From: Tubiluchus corallicola
Lineage: Eukaryota > Animalia > Priapulida
Direction of reading: 5' to 3'
Assembly (NCBI GenBank): GCA_030141605.1
Contig: JAQGDQ010000858.1
Location: forward strand, 1 to 64,000
Length of the DNA stretch: 64,000 nucleotides
This document shows, in pieces, positions 41,122 to 52,028 of this stretch. The position numbers and the translations under genes are program-made. The notes beneath the pieces are model-generated. The model searched no databases, was not told the DNA's origin, and worked only from the letters and a program-made list of their open reading frames with translations. Every line of letters starts with the position of its first letter. Within the stretch, counting starts at the first letter, position 1.

Positions 41122-41317
41122 AAAAGTTTGTAACTGACAACTTTGACAATAACTTCTTACCTCGCTTGTTATAACAACAATAAACAAGCACCTGTTATTG
41201 AATAAATTTCAGCTTGCAGTTTTGAGAGTAAATTGAAGAAAAAGCTTGCAGAAAAGCGCCAGATGCTATAAATCACACCGTAAAAAATGATGCTCAGCGC
41301 TTCTTCTGTGCTCAAAA

Positions 41318-41412
41318 GATAAAAAATCTCAGCTTACTAATAGTAAACAAGGATCTAGAAGAGGGTTTTGACAAAATTTTAATAAATAAATATCAGCCTT
41401 GCAAAACTCTCA
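41318..41412 (+). repeat. Palindromic dispersed element, right two-thirds (R12)
   Basis: GATAAAAAATCTCAGCTTACTAATAGTAAACAAGGATCTAGAAGAGGGTTTTGACAAAATTTTAATAAA...CCTTGCAAAACTCTCA. Confidence 0.85.
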
Positions 41413-41531
41413 AATGGCAAGCATATCAAAAAATTATAAAATAAAAAGCTCAAAATTTCGCAAAAATAGAGTCAAATAACTTTTTGTATTTTCTATCAGA
41501 ACTGCTGGAAAACTAAAGAAACTGAATGGTT

Positions 41532-41560
41532 AAGCGAGCATGAGTTTTCATGCTCGTTTT
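41532..41560 (+). terminator. Hairpin with T-tract just before the parE promoter
   Basis: AAGCGAGCATGA-GTTT-TCATGCTCGTTTT. Confidence 0.5.
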
Positions 41561-41563
41561 AAC

Positions 41564-41571
41564 TATATTTG
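41564..41571 (+). promoter_or_regulatory. -7 promoter element for parE-parC-aroK
   Basis: TATATTTG 21 nt upstream of ATG 41593. Confidence 0.65.
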
Positions 41572-41592
41572 TGCAAAATTTTGAAAAGAAAA

Positions 41593-43440
41593 ATGATGCC
41601 AAAGTATTCAGAAGAAACTATACGCACACTCGACTGGAAAGAGCACATACGGAAGCGCCCCGGTATGTATATTGGAAAATTAGGAGATGGTTCTTCTCCT
41701 GATGACGGAATATATGTACTGCTTAAAGAGGTACTTGACAACTCCATTGATGAATTCATGATGGGGTACGGAAAACAGATAGATGTTCATGTAAGCAATG
41801 ACAACGTTCTGATACGTGACTATGGGAGGGGTATACCTTTGGGAAAAATTACAGATGCTGCATCAAAAATGAACACAGGCGCAAAATATGACTCCAAGGT
41901 TTTTAAAAAATCTGTTGGCTTAAATGGAGTTGGTATAAAAGCAGTGAATGCACTCTCAAGGGGCTTCACCATTATGTCTGTAAGGGAGAGGAATATGAAA
42001 AAAGTAGAATTTGACCGCGGAGATATTATTATAGAGCATGAGATAAAAAAGGTAGGTGAAAAAAATGGCACCTGTGTTACATTTACTCCCGATAAAGATA
42101 TATTTGGGAACTACCACTTTATGGAAGAGTACATTGCAGGCATGTTGAAAAACTATGTTTACCTTAATGCCGGTCTCACTCTTACCTACAACGAGCAAAA
42201 GTATATATCTCAAAACGGACTGCTGGACTTACTAAACGATAACCTTCCCCAGCCTAGCCTTTACCCTATAATACACCTTAGAGGCGAAGATATAGAGCTC
42301 GCTATAACGCACAGCAATCAGTACGGAGAAGATTATTACTCCTTTGTAAACGGGCAACACACTACACAGGGGGGAACCCACATGCTCGCTTTTCGTGAAG
42401 CGATAGTAAAAACCATTCGCGACTTCTATAAAAAAGATTTTGATGCATCTGACATACGCGCTTCTATTGTTGCAGCTATAAGTATAAAAGTAGAGGAGCC
42501 AGTCTTTGAATCACAGACAAAAACTAAACTGGGTTCAAAAGATATTGGCCCATCCGGCCCGTCAGTACGCAACTTCGTAATGAATTTTGTGCTAAAGGAG
42601 CTTGATAACTACTTGCATAAAAATCCAAACACAGCAGAAGTACTGCTGAAAAGGATTCAGGAATCAGAACGTGAAAGAAAAGCTATTTCAGGGATTAAAA
42701 GACTAGCAAAACAAAGAGCAAAAAAAGCTAACCTTCATAACAAAAAACTGCGTGACTGCCGTGTTCATTACAACTCTAAACATGAGAAAAAAAAGGAATC
42801 AAGTATTTTTATTACAGAGGGTGATTCGGCCAGTGGCTCAATCACAAAGTCCAGAGATGTAAGTACCCAAGCGGTTTTTAGCTTAAGGGGAAAGCCGCTC
42901 AACTCATACGGATTGACAAAAAAAGTGGTCTATGAAAATGAAGAATTTAACCTTTTACAGGCAGCTCTCAATATAGAGGAAAACTTTGACAGCCTCCGTT
43001 ATAATAAAGTTATTATAGCTACTGATGCGGATGTAGATGGTATGCACATACGGTTATTGCTAATCACATTCTTTTTACAATTCTTCCCTGAATTAATTAA
43101 ACGGGGACACCTTTACATCTTACAAACACCTCTCTTCAGAGTGAGGAACAAACACAAGACACACTACTGTTACTCTGATGAAGAGCGTAGCTCTGCAATC
43201 AAGAACCTGGGTAATAACCCTGAAATAACCCGCTTTAAGGGACTGGGAGAAATATCTCCTGATGAGTTCAAAAACTTTATAGGAAAAGACATTCGTCTTG
43301 AACCTATAATAATGAATAAGCACAAACCGGTTAAAGATATGCTAGCATTCTACATGGGCAAAAACACCCCACCCCGTCAGGATTTTATTATCAATAACCT
43401 ACATGTGGAAAAAGATGAAATTGAGACGGCTCGAACTTAA
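41593..43440 (+). CDS. parE: DNA topoisomerase IV subunit B
   Basis: [72 protein letters not shown]; short Bacteroidota ParE type. Confidence 0.93.
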   Translation: MMPKYSEETIRTLDWKEHIRKRPGMYIGKLGDGSSPDDGIYVLLKEVLDNSIDEFMMGYGKQIDVHVSNDNVLIRDYGRGIPLGKITDAASKMNTGAKYDSKVFKKSVGLNGVGIKAVNALSRGFTIMSVRERNMKKVEFDRGDIIIEHEIKKVGEKNGTCVTFTPDKDIFGNYHFMEEYIAGMLKNYVYLNAGLTLTYNEQKYISQNGLLDLLNDNLPQPSLYPIIHLRGEDIELAITHSNQYGEDYYSFVNGQHTTQGGTHMLAFREAIVKTIRDFYKKDFDASDIRASIVAAISIKVEEPVFESQTKTKLGSKDIGPSGPSVRNFVMNFVLKELDNYLHKNPNTAEVLLKRIQESERERKAISGIKRLAKQRAKKANLHNKKLRDCRVHYNSKHEKKKESSIFITEGDSASGSITKSRDVSTQAVFSLRGKPLNSYGLTKKVVYENEEFNLLQAALNIEENFDSLRYNKVIIATDADVDGMHIRLLLITFFLQFFPELIKRGHLYILQTPLFRVRNKHKTHYCYSDEERSSAIKNLGNNPEITRFKGLGEISPDEFKNFIGKDIRLEPIIMNKHKPVKDMLAFYMGKNTPPRQDFIINNLHVEKDEIETART

Positions 43441-43556
43441 AAATAAGTATGAATAGCAGCCAGTAAAACATATTGACTTGAAAGGACCTTGCCTGAAATA
43501 GGTAATTATTTATTCGCTCAGGCTCCCCGCTCCTTGGTATTTTAATCTAAGTAAGA

Positions 43557-46190
43557 ATGTCAAACGAAGAAAACGCTATACCATTATTCCCAAAAGGACA
43601 GAAGGATAAACAATCCGGTGAGTTGCACCACGTAACCTATCTGTCAGACATGTATCAAAGCTGGTTTCTTGACTACGCATCATATGTTATTCTCGAACGT
43701 GCAGTTCCGTATATAAACGATGGGCTAAAGCCTGTACAACGCCGTATACTTCACGCTATGCGTCAAATGGACGACGGGCGCTATACCAAAGTTGCTAATA
43801 TTATAGGGCAAACCATGATGTATCACCCTCACGGTGATGCATCTATAGGCGAGGCTCTGGTACAACTGGGACAAAAGGAGCTACTTATTGACACACAAGG
43901 TAACTGGGGAAGCATGCTCACAGGCGACAGCGCTGCTGCACCACGATACATAGAAGCACGGCTATCAAAATTCGCACTTGAAGTTATCTTTAACCCAAAA
44001 ACAACTAACTGGCAACTATCATATGATGGGAGAAATAACGAGCCTGTCACCCTACCTGTAAAGTTTCCACTGCTCCTAGCACAAGGAGTAGAGGGAATTG
44101 CTGTAGGGCTGGCATCCAAAATACTACCCCACAACTTTAATGAGCTGATCAGTGCTAGCATAGCACACCTCCGAAACAAAAAATTTGAGCTATACCCCGA
44201 CTTCCCAACCGGAGGATTTATGGATGCATCAAAATATAACGACGGGGAGAGAGGAGGAGTAGTAAAGATAAGGGCAAAAATTGAGAAGCACGACAACAAA
44301 ACACTTATCATCTCTGAACTACCATATGGAAAAACAACTTCATCTTTGATCGACTCAATCATAAAAGCAAATGATAAAGGAAAAATAAAAATCAAACGCG
44401 TTGATGACAATACCGCAGAAAATGTGGAAATACTCATACATCTTGGCGTGGGTATAAGCCTGGATAAAACAATCGATGCTCTCTATGCATTTACCGACTG
44501 TGAAATATCTATATCGCCAAACTGTTGTATTATAGAGAACGATAAGCCCCGGTTTTTGGGAGTGAGCGAAGCACTAAAAAAAACTACCGAGTACACCATA
44601 CTACTTCTTGAAAAAGAGTTACAAATAAAAAAAGCCGAACTGGACGAAAAGTGGCATTTTGCCTCGCTGGAAAAAATATTTATAGAAGAACGCATCTATA
44701 AAGACAAGCAGTTTGAAGAGGCAAAAAATATGAATGATGCAATCAGCTATATTGGTAAAAAGCTAGACCCCTGGAGGGAGAAAATGAAGCGGGATATTAC
44801 ACGTGAAGATATCCTGAAACTGATGGAAATACGAATGTCCAGGATACTAAAATTTAATGCAGATAAAGCCAATGAAGCTATAGCCAGTATTGAAAACACT
44901 ATAGCAGAAGTTATAAACAATATAGAAAATATTATACCATACACTATTGACTGGTATAAGCACCTCAAAAGCAAGTTTGGTAAAGGGCGTAAGCGCAAAA
45001 CAGAAATTCGTAGCTTTGAAAATATTGAAGCTACAAAAGTGATTGTAGCAAACCAAAAGCTCTATATCGACCGCGAGGATGGATTTGCTGGCACCACCCT
45101 TAAAAAAGCGGAATATGTGTGCGACTGCTCAGACATTGATGATATAATAGCTTTTAGGAAAGACGGCTCATACGTTGTAAAGAAAGTTTCCGAAAAGCTG
45201 TTTATAGGTAAAAATATACTCTACTTGGCAATATTTAAAAAGAACGACCGGCGTACGGTATATAACCTCGTATACAGGGATGGAAAAATGGGGAATGTCT
45301 ATATGAAGAGGTTTTCTGTCACTGGAATAACACGCGACAAAGAATACAACATGACACAGTCCAAGCCAGGGACGCGTATACTCTACTTTAGCGCCAACCC
45401 TAACGGAGAGGCAGAATTGCTGAAAGTTAACTTAAGGTCGAAGCCCAAGCTCAAGAAACTTGTTATTGAAATAAATATGGCGGACCTGGCAATTAAGGGA
45501 CGGCAGTCAGTAGGTAATCTTGTAACAAAACATAGTGTAAACAAAGTAACGCTGAAAGAAAAAGGTGTCTCAACGCTGGGTGGGCGCAAAATATGGTTTG
45601 ATGAAGATGTGCTGCGCCTTAATGCAGATGGGCGCGGAAAATTCCTGGGAGAGTTTTCAGGAAAAGATAAAATACTTGTCATGTACAAAGAAGGCTTCTT
45701 TAAATTGTACTCGTATGAACTATCCAACCATTTCGAGAATGACATACTTACAATAGAAAAGTTTAATCCCAATAAAATAGCCTCAGTAGTATATTGGGAC
45801 AGTAATGTCAATTGCTATTATGTGAAAAGGTTCCAAGTAGATATTTCTACAAACAAACCGTGTTGTTTCATTGGAGAAAATGAAAAAAATAAGCTGGTAA
45901 ACATTACATGGGGCATCTACCCCCGATTGGAGATTGAATTTGATGATGGACATAAAAATGAAATTATCGAGGTTGCAGAATTTATTGCAATTAAATCGTA
46001 TAAAGCCAAAGGCAAACGCCTTTCAAACCATTTTATTAAAAACATACATGAACTAGAACCAACAATAAAAGACGAAGCAGACAAAGCCGAGCAGGTACAC
46101 TTAGAGGGAAACAACCCACCCCCCGAAGATGCTAGCTCCGGTAAAGGTAACACATCTGTACAGCAGGAACTAGACTTTAGTGACCTATGA
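43557..46190 (+). CDS. parC: DNA topoisomerase IV subunit A
   Basis: FLDYASYVILERA, DGLKPVQRRIL, YHPHGDASI, AAAPRYIEARL; follows parE. Confidence 0.93.
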   Translation: MSNEENAIPLFPKGQKDKQSGELHHVTYLSDMYQSWFLDYASYVILERAVPYINDGLKPVQRRILHAMRQMDDGRYTKVANIIGQTMMYHPHGDASIGEALVQLGQKELLIDTQGNWGSMLTGDSAAAPRYIEARLSKFALEVIFNPKTTNWQLSYDGRNNEPVTLPVKFPLLLAQGVEGIAVGLASKILPHNFNELISASIAHLRNKKFELYPDFPTGGFMDASKYNDGERGGVVKIRAKIEKHDNKTLIISELPYGKTTSSLIDSIIKANDKGKIKIKRVDDNTAENVEILIHLGVGISLDKTIDALYAFTDCEISISPNCCIIENDKPRFLGVSEALKKTTEYTILLLEKELQIKKAELDEKWHFASLEKIFIEERIYKDKQFEEAKNMNDAISYIGKKLDPWREKMKRDITREDILKLMEIRMSRILKFNADKANEAIASIENTIAEVINNIENIIPYTIDWYKHLKSKFGKGRKRKTEIRSFENIEATKVIVANQKLYIDREDGFAGTTLKKAEYVCDCSDIDDIIAFRKDGSYVVKKVSEKLFIGKNILYLAIFKKNDRRTVYNLVYRDGKMGNVYMKRFSVTGITRDKEYNMTQSKPGTRILYFSANPNGEAELLKVNLRSKPKLKKLVIEINMADLAIKGRQSVGNLVTKHSVNKVTLKEKGVSTLGGRKIWFDEDVLRLNADGRGKFLGEFSGKDKILVMYKEGFFKLYSYELSNHFENDILTIEKFNPNKIASVVYWDSNVNCYYVKRFQVDISTNKPCCFIGENEKNKLVNITWGIYPRLEIEFDDGHKNEIIEVAEFIAIKSYKAKGKRLSNHFIKNIHELEPTIKDEADKAEQVHLEGNNPPPEDASSGKGNTSVQQELDFSDL

Positions 46191-46705
46191 GAATATACCT
46201 GATAGGATATATGGGGTGTGGAAAAACATTCATAGGAGCAAGCATTGCCCGACTGCTTAACTTTGAATTTGTAGACCTGGATGAATATATCGAAAAGCGT
46301 CAGCTATGCACTATCTCAAAAATATTTGAGGAGGCAGGAGAGAAGAAATTCCGGGAAATTGAGAATAAAGCACTACAAAAAATGACTAAGCTTGAAAATG
46401 TAGTGGTTGCAACAGGAGGAGGAACCCCCTGCTTCTATGATAATATGGACATAATGAATGGCTCCGGACTCACCATCTACATTGCTGTTAACGCCTATAT
46501 CCTTGCAAACAGACTGGCGAATTCAGAAATAGAACGCCCTCTCATAAAAGGGAAATCACACAAAAACCTTATAAAATTTATTGAAAAAACCATTAAAACG
46601 AGGGAGCCTTTTTATGACCGTGCTAAAATTAAAATATCCGGAAGTGACAACCTAACTGCTGAAGAGGTTATAGACAAAATAAACGAACATGCCTCCGGGC
46701 TATAA
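46187..46705 (+). CDS. aroK: Shikimate kinase
   Basis: Walker A GYMGCGKT, DLD, IF...GE..FR..E, ATGGG, RPL, R...Y. Confidence 0.95.
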   Translation: MRIYLIGYMGCGKTFIGASIARLLNFEFVDLDEYIEKRQLCTISKIFEEAGEKKFREIENKALQKMTKLENVVVATGGGTPCFYDNMDIMNGSGLTIYIAVNAYILANRLANSEIERPLIKGKSHKNLIKFIEKTIKTREPFYDRAKIKISGSDNLTAEEVIDKINEHASGL

Positions 46706-46892
46706 AAAATTACAAAAAGCAAGGGTGCCGCACTCAATCTAATTTGCATCCCTGGCAGCATTTATAACCAGGTAAGCTCAGCCCTCAAAAGCTTTCGCCT
46801 ATTGGCTCTTGCAAAGTAAAAGATGAGCTTCACAAAAACCTCAACTCCCTCCTTCATGGAGATCAAAACGAATCTTGCCAGACACACTCTTT
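46302..46892 (+). repeat. 591 bp direct repeat, left copy (IS1634 target duplication)
   Basis: Identical by eye to 48540-49130; ends exactly at the IS left inverted repeat. Confidence 0.95.
46804..46842 (+). repeat. Internally deleted derivative of the palindromic element (R13; duplicated at 49042-49080)
   Basis: GGCTCTTGCAAAG joined to TAAAAGATGAGCTTCACAAAAACCTC. Confidence 0.6.
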
Positions 46893-48539
46893 CCTGTTTT
46901 GTGCATTGCAGCACCCAAGTTTATAATTTCATATTTAACAACTTTTTTTGCATTTCAGTTGGCTGTAATATTTTTGTTCTGACTTGTTTCGATTTGGGCA
47001 GAGTGTATTGCAGCTGCCTGATCTGCCGGATTTGTTCCAAGGCTTTTTCAGCAGAGATATCAATATTATTTGCCTTCAATAACCTTTCCAGCTCTTTGTA
47101 AATGGCATAGGCTGTGAAACAAATACAGATATGGGCTTCAATGCGTTCTTTTAAGCGGTGATAAACTGGCCGTATTCGTAAATCAGTTTTTGATATACGA
47201 AAAGCTTTTTCCACTTGCCACAACTGACTATAATTCCCGATAACATCTTTTCTCGGTAAATGGGTATTGGTTACATAACCCTTCAACCCATCCCAAACTC
47301 TATCTGACTGGAACTTATCGTAGTCGATTTTAACGGCAATCTCCCCCGACAGATTCAGATATTTATTATACCCGCGATTATTTATGTGATTCTTTGTTAG
47401 CTTGCCGGAAGCAACACGTTTTTCAAGTCTTTTTAAGCCCTTCTCTCTGTTTTTTTATCGTTGAAGGCTCTTTTTTCTGAGAAGCTGATAATCAACCTTC
47501 CATTCTTGTTTTTCAACTCAACTGGCTTGTTTTCTTTAATATCAAGAGCTATAATTTTTTCTTTTATTTTTTGACTTTCATTCTTTATCCGTCCTCCAAG
47601 TATGTACTCGTATTTGTTTTCAATCAAGGCATTTATGTTCTTCTGCGAGAGTAAAGCTGCATCGGCAACTACAATAGGCCTTTCGATATTAAATTTATTT
47701 TGAAAGGCTTCCAGAACAGGGATTAGTGTTTTTGTTTCAGAGGTGTTTCCCTCGAATATTTGATAGCCAATCGGGTATCCATATTTACCCACCAGTAAAC
47801 CTATCATTATTTGCGGTTGTTGATGCTTGCCATCTTTGTTGAATCCGGGAATACGGTAGTCATCTTCTTCTGATGCCTCAAAATACAATGTGGTCATATC
47901 ATAAAATGCGACACTTATCTTTCCTTTTAGTAGCTTCCTGGTGTGCTTAAAGGTAAGTTGTTCAATTTGTGGCTTTAAACTTGTATTTAGCTCGTCAAGG
48001 AAACGATAAATAGTGTGTACGCTAACATCTGTATTCAGGTGCTGTCTAAAATAGTCAACGGTTTTTAATTTGCTTCCCGGGTACACTAACCGACATAATA
48101 CCAGGTTGCGAAAATAATTGCAGCACCCATCATCCGGAAAGTTAAAGACTTGATAAATTTTGCCTAAAATTAATTCACTTCCTACAACTTGTAAATGATT
48201 GTTTGCAATGCTGTCCACAAAGTTTTCAACCACCAAATCATCGTGTTCAACAAAAAGCGATTGCATGCCCCTAAGCCGCTCTATCTCTGTGTTGGCAAGC
48301 AATAAAAGCAATTCTTCTTCCCGCTTTGTTTTTGCGCAACCTACGGTTTTTACAACCTTATATTTACCATGATTTTTTGAGATTATCTGTACACTCACAG
48401 AACCACTCCCGATTCTTATTTTTTCGGACAAACATGCATAAAATTAAGCATGCAGCACCCAAAATGCAAATTTGAAATTCCTATCTTGCTGATAATCAAT
48501 AGTGCATTCTTGGGGCGTCGTTGTGGTGCACAAAACAGG
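46893..48539 (-). mobile_element. IS1634-family insertion sequence, 1,647 bp
   Basis: Perfect 13 bp terminal inverted repeats CCTGTTTTGTGCA / TGCACAAAACAGG; DDE transposase inside; long flanking direct repeat. Confidence 0.93.
46921..48435 (-). pseudogene. IS1634-family transposase with two frameshifts
   Basis: MFVRKNKNR / SGSVSVQII... FYDMTTLYFE...GFNKDGK...QIFEGN...VVADAALLS...FNDKK / NREKGLKRL...WDGLKGYVTN...YSQLWQVEKAFRISKTDLRIRPVYH..KERIEAHICICF. Confidence 0.88.
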
Positions 48540-48943
48540 AGCTATGCACTATCTCAAAAATATTTGAGGAGGCAGGAGAGAAGAAATTCCGGGAAATTGA
48601 GAATAAAGCACTACAAAAAATGACTAAGCTTGAAAATGTAGTGGTTGCAACAGGAGGAGGAACCCCCTGCTTCTATGATAATATGGACATAATGAATGGC
48701 TCCGGACTCACCATCTACATTGCTGTTAACGCCTATATCCTTGCAAACAGACTGGCGAATTCAGAAATAGAACGCCCTCTCATAAAAGGGAAATCACACA
48801 AAAACCTTATAAAATTTATTGAAAAAACCATTAAAACGAGGGAGCCTTTTTATGACCGTGCTAAAATTAAAATATCCGGAAGTGACAACCTAACTGCTGA
48901 AGAGGTTATAGACAAAATAAACGAACATGCCTCCGGGCTATAA
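48540..48943 (+). pseudogene. aroK: 5'-truncated duplicate of aroK
   Basis: Identical to aroK from LCTISK onward; lacks the Walker A motif; the only upstream start is an IS-derived TTG at 48521. Confidence 0.9.
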
Positions 48944-49130
48944 AAAATTACAAAAAGCAAGGGTGCCGCACTCAATCTAATTTGCATCCCTGGCAGCATT
49001 TATAACCAGGTAAGCTCAGCCCTCAAAAGCTTTCGCCTATTGGCTCTTGCAAAGTAAAAGATGAGCTTCACAAAAACCTCAACTCCCTCCTTCATGGAGA
49101 TCAAAACGAATCTTGCCAGACACACTCTTT
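48540..49130 (+). repeat. 591 bp direct repeat, right copy
   Basis: Begins immediately after the IS right inverted repeat; identical to 46302-46892. Confidence 0.95.
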
Positions 49131-49227
49131 GAAACAGTATCAATTATATTTTGTGAAACACAAACACAACAATCTTAATAAATAAAATTCGGTCTTTAGA
49201 GCTTTTTTTGAAAGAAGATTAAAAATC

Positions 49228-50688
49228 TTATAATCTAGACCTATGTGCTTCAAAAAAGAATACTACTCCCAAAAACACAATCAAAAAAGAGGACTTAACA
49301 GCATAATGAAGAATAGTACATGGCAAGCTGATACTACTTCCGGCAAAGAATAGCACCATAGCAATTAATATGTATGCAGCTAACCTTTTGATATCATAAC
49401 TAATGGGGAAATGCTTTTTGCCCTGATAATAGGACATAGCAGACATTAAAATAGGTGTAATACAAAACGCAACTACAGATGCCATATACCCTAAAACAGG
49501 AATAAAAACAACATTTACACCTACTGTGATAAAAGCCCCTATAACTGAAAACTTCGCCCCATACCTGGTTTTATCTGTAAGTTTGTACCAGACGGACAAC
49601 GTATAATAAATTCCCATAAAAAAATTGCCCATCAATATCCATGGTAAGATATGTAGCCCGCCATGGTACTCCCTACCAATAAATACTTTGATAATATCAA
49701 TATAAAGAGTCACCACAAGGAAGATCACCAGACCTAATATAACAAAATACTTCATTATATCGACATACATCTTTTTGGACTCTTCCCCCCTATGTTGAGA
49801 AAAGAAGAATGGCTCAAAAGAGTAACGGAAAGCCTGAATAAAAAGGCTCATTAGCACGCCAAGTTTAAAATTTGCCGAATAAACACCTAGGTCTCCCATA
49901 GGATTAGTAGTATCACGAAGCAGCTTTGGGAGCAGTATCTTCTCTATATTTTGATTCACCATTCCGGCAATACCCACAACCAGGAGGGGCCAGCTGTAGT
50001 TAAGCATCTTTAGTAATACTTCCCAGCTAAAAGAGAAACTCCTGACTATCAGATCAGGAATAAAAAGCACCAGTATAACTGCTGAAGCTATCAAATTTGA
50101 AATAAAGACATACCCTATTCCAATCTCCTCTCTATAAATAAAATTGATAAATGAATAATCACCTGCAGCAGCTATCTTAGGGCAGAAATAAATAAAAAAG
50201 AGATTTAAAAACACTACCAGCCCTATACCTACAAACTTATAAATAGAAAACCTTACAGCTCTCCCCTGCAACCTCAACCTTGCATAAGGAATAGATGTAA
50301 AAGCATCAAGCGCAACAGTTATCCCCATCAACACAATATACTCAGGATGATTACCATACCCCATCCATGAGGATATATTCCCGGCAAAAGCACAAACAAC
50401 TACTATAAAAGACAGAGAAGTTACAAAAAGAGACATTAAAGTTGTCGGGTAAACGCTACCCTTCCCACCACCTTTTGCGGCATAGCGGAAATAAGAGGTC
50501 TCCATGCCATAAGTGAGTAAAACAATAAAAAACGCAACATAGGCGTAAACATTACTGACTATACCATACTCCTCTGTGGCAAACTGACGGGTATATAATG
50601 GCACAAGCCACCAATTAAGAAACCTGCCTACAATACTTGGAACACCGTATATAGCAGTCTCCCCGGCCAATTTCTTTAATCCTTTCAA
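49228..50688 (-). CDS. Polysaccharide flippase (Wzx/MOP superfamily)
   Basis: MKGLKKLAGETAIYG, LTYGMETSYFR, QAFRYSFEPFFF, LSVWYKLTDKT; about 12-14 TM segments. Confidence 0.88.
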   Translation of the reverse strand: MKGLKKLAGETAIYGVPSIVGRFLNWWLVPLYTRQFATEEYGIVSNVYAYVAFFIVLLTYGMETSYFRYAAKGGGKGSVYPTTLMSLFVTSLSFIVVVCAFAGNISSWMGYGNHPEYIVLMGITVALDAFTSIPYARLRLQGRAVRFSIYKFVGIGLVVFLNLFFIYFCPKIAAAGDYSFINFIYREEIGIGYVFISNLIASAVILVLFIPDLIVRSFSFSWEVLLKMLNYSWPLLVVGIAGMVNQNIEKILLPKLLRDTTNPMGDLGVYSANFKLGVLMSLFIQAFRYSFEPFFFSQHRGEESKKMYVDIMKYFVILGLVIFLVVTLYIDIIKVFIGREYHGGLHILPWILMGNFFMGIYYTLSVWYKLTDKTRYGAKFSVIGAFITVGVNVVFIPVLGYMASVVAFCITPILMSAMSYYQGKKHFPISYDIKRLAAYILIAMVLFFAGSSISLPCTILHYAVKSSFLIVFLGVVFFFEAHRSRL

Positions 50689-50716
50689 AATCTGATTCCT
50701 TTTACATTACACTTTA

Positions 50717-50724
50717 CAAATATA
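50717..50724 (-). promoter_or_regulatory. -7 promoter element for the flippase gene
   Basis: Minus strand TATATTTG. Confidence 0.6.
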
Positions 50725-50796
50725 GCGCAAAGTTTAATCGACAAACGCGATTTACCAGATAACTGGGCATAAAAAAACAAATAGCATAAAGTTTTA

Positions 50797-50804
50797 TATC
50801 TTTG
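50797..50804 (+). promoter_or_regulatory. -7 promoter element for the glutaminyl cyclase gene
   Basis: TATCTTTG ending 4 nt before the ATG at 50809. Confidence 0.55.
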
Positions 50805-50808
50805 AAAT

Positions 50809-51894
50809 ATGAGAGGTGTTATATTATTTTTACACATAATTCTACTTATTGCCGTTTTATTGCACGGCAGCTGCGCCACACAATCAAAGCGACCAAGAAA
50901 GCCTGTAACTGCTATAAAAGTAAAACCTTCTGGTCAAAAACCTATTGTAGGTGTAGAACTGAATTTATCTACAAAAACGAAACTAAGAGGCGGTACGCTT
51001 AAAGAGGTTGAAGTATTTGTAAATGGGGAAAGCGTATTAAAATCAAAAGAACTGGAGAACTCAGTAAAGATAGAGACAGAGTCTTACAAGCCGGGGATTC
51101 TTTCTATCAAGGTGGTTGCAGAAAGCAGCGATGGAATAAAAGGGGAAAACTACAAAAGTGTTGAACTACTTTCCAATTTAACCCCTATAAAGTACAACTT
51201 TGAGGTTGTCAACTCTTTTCAGCACAATACCGACTTCTTCACACAAGGGCTAGTAGTCCACAATGGAATACTCTATGAAGGAACAGGAAGCGGTAATGAG
51301 CAGAAAATATCAGGTATTTATAAAGTAGAACTGGAAACAGGAAAAACTTTAAAGAAGTTGGAGCTTGACAAAAAGTACTGGGGGGAAGGCATTGACATCC
51401 TTAATGGGAAAATATATCAGCTTACATACAAATCTCAAAAAGGCTTTGTATACGACCTGAAAACATTTGAAAAACTTGACTCATGGAGCTATAAAACAAA
51501 AGAGGGATGGGGATTGACAAACGATGGTAAAAACCTGATTATGAGTGATGGAAGTGAAATATTGCGATTTGTAGATCCCGAGTCACTCAGGGAGCTATAT
51601 ACAATTTCGGTATACAACCATAAAGGCCCTGTAAAATACATTAATGAGCTTGAATACATAAAAGGGGAAATATGGGCCAATGTATGGACTACAAATATGA
51701 TTATCAGGATTGCCCCTGAAAGTGGAAAGGTTCTTGGGGAAATTGACCTCAGTAGTTTAGGGGTAATGTTTCAGGGAGGAGAAAAACATATTGATGTACT
51801 GAATGGCATTGCCTGGGACAAGGAAAAGGACAGGATTTTTGTAACCGGTAAGCTTTGGCCAAGAATGTTCGAAATAAAAGTGAGCGCAAACTGA
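50809..51894 (+). CDS. Glutaminyl-peptide cyclotransferase (beta-propeller type), lipoprotein
   Basis: Lipobox LHGSC; FTQGL, LYEGTG, WGEGI, EGWGLT, MSDGS, INELEY, VLNGIAWD, VTGKLWP. Confidence 0.93.
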   Translation: MRGVILFLHIILLIAVLLHGSCATQSKRPRKPVTAIKVKPSGQKPIVGVELNLSTKTKLRGGTLKEVEVFVNGESVLKSKELENSVKIETESYKPGILSIKVVAESSDGIKGENYKSVELLSNLTPIKYNFEVVNSFQHNTDFFTQGLVVHNGILYEGTGSGNEQKISGIYKVELETGKTLKKLELDKKYWGEGIDILNGKIYQLTYKSQKGFVYDLKTFEKLDSWSYKTKEGWGLTNDGKNLIMSDGSEILRFVDPESLRELYTISVYNHKGPVKYINELEYIKGEIWANVWTTNMIIRIAPESGKVLGEIDLSSLGVMFQGGEKHIDVLNGIAWDKEKDRIFVTGKLWPRMFEIKVSAN

Positions 51895-52028
51895 CTACAT
51901 TAACAAACACAGGCTGGCAGGAAAGTCCATTACAAATCACTAATACTTTGACACTATCCATAGCCTTATAAGTCGAATACATGAAACATTACGAGTTGAG
52001 CATTAATAAAATTATACACTAACATACC

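Noticed and set aside
43445-43555. Structured RNA between parE and parC
   Set aside because: Only weak pairing and no recognisable family motif.
47433-47460. Programmed -1 ribosomal frameshift in the transposase
   Set aside because: No in-frame X XXY YYZ heptamer or obvious stimulatory hairpin, a second independent frameshift exists near the start, and IS1634 transposases are normally single ORFs.
48521-48943. 140 aa ORF as a second functional shikimate kinase
   Set aside because: It is the duplicated 3' part of aroK with an IS-derived TTG and no Walker A motif.
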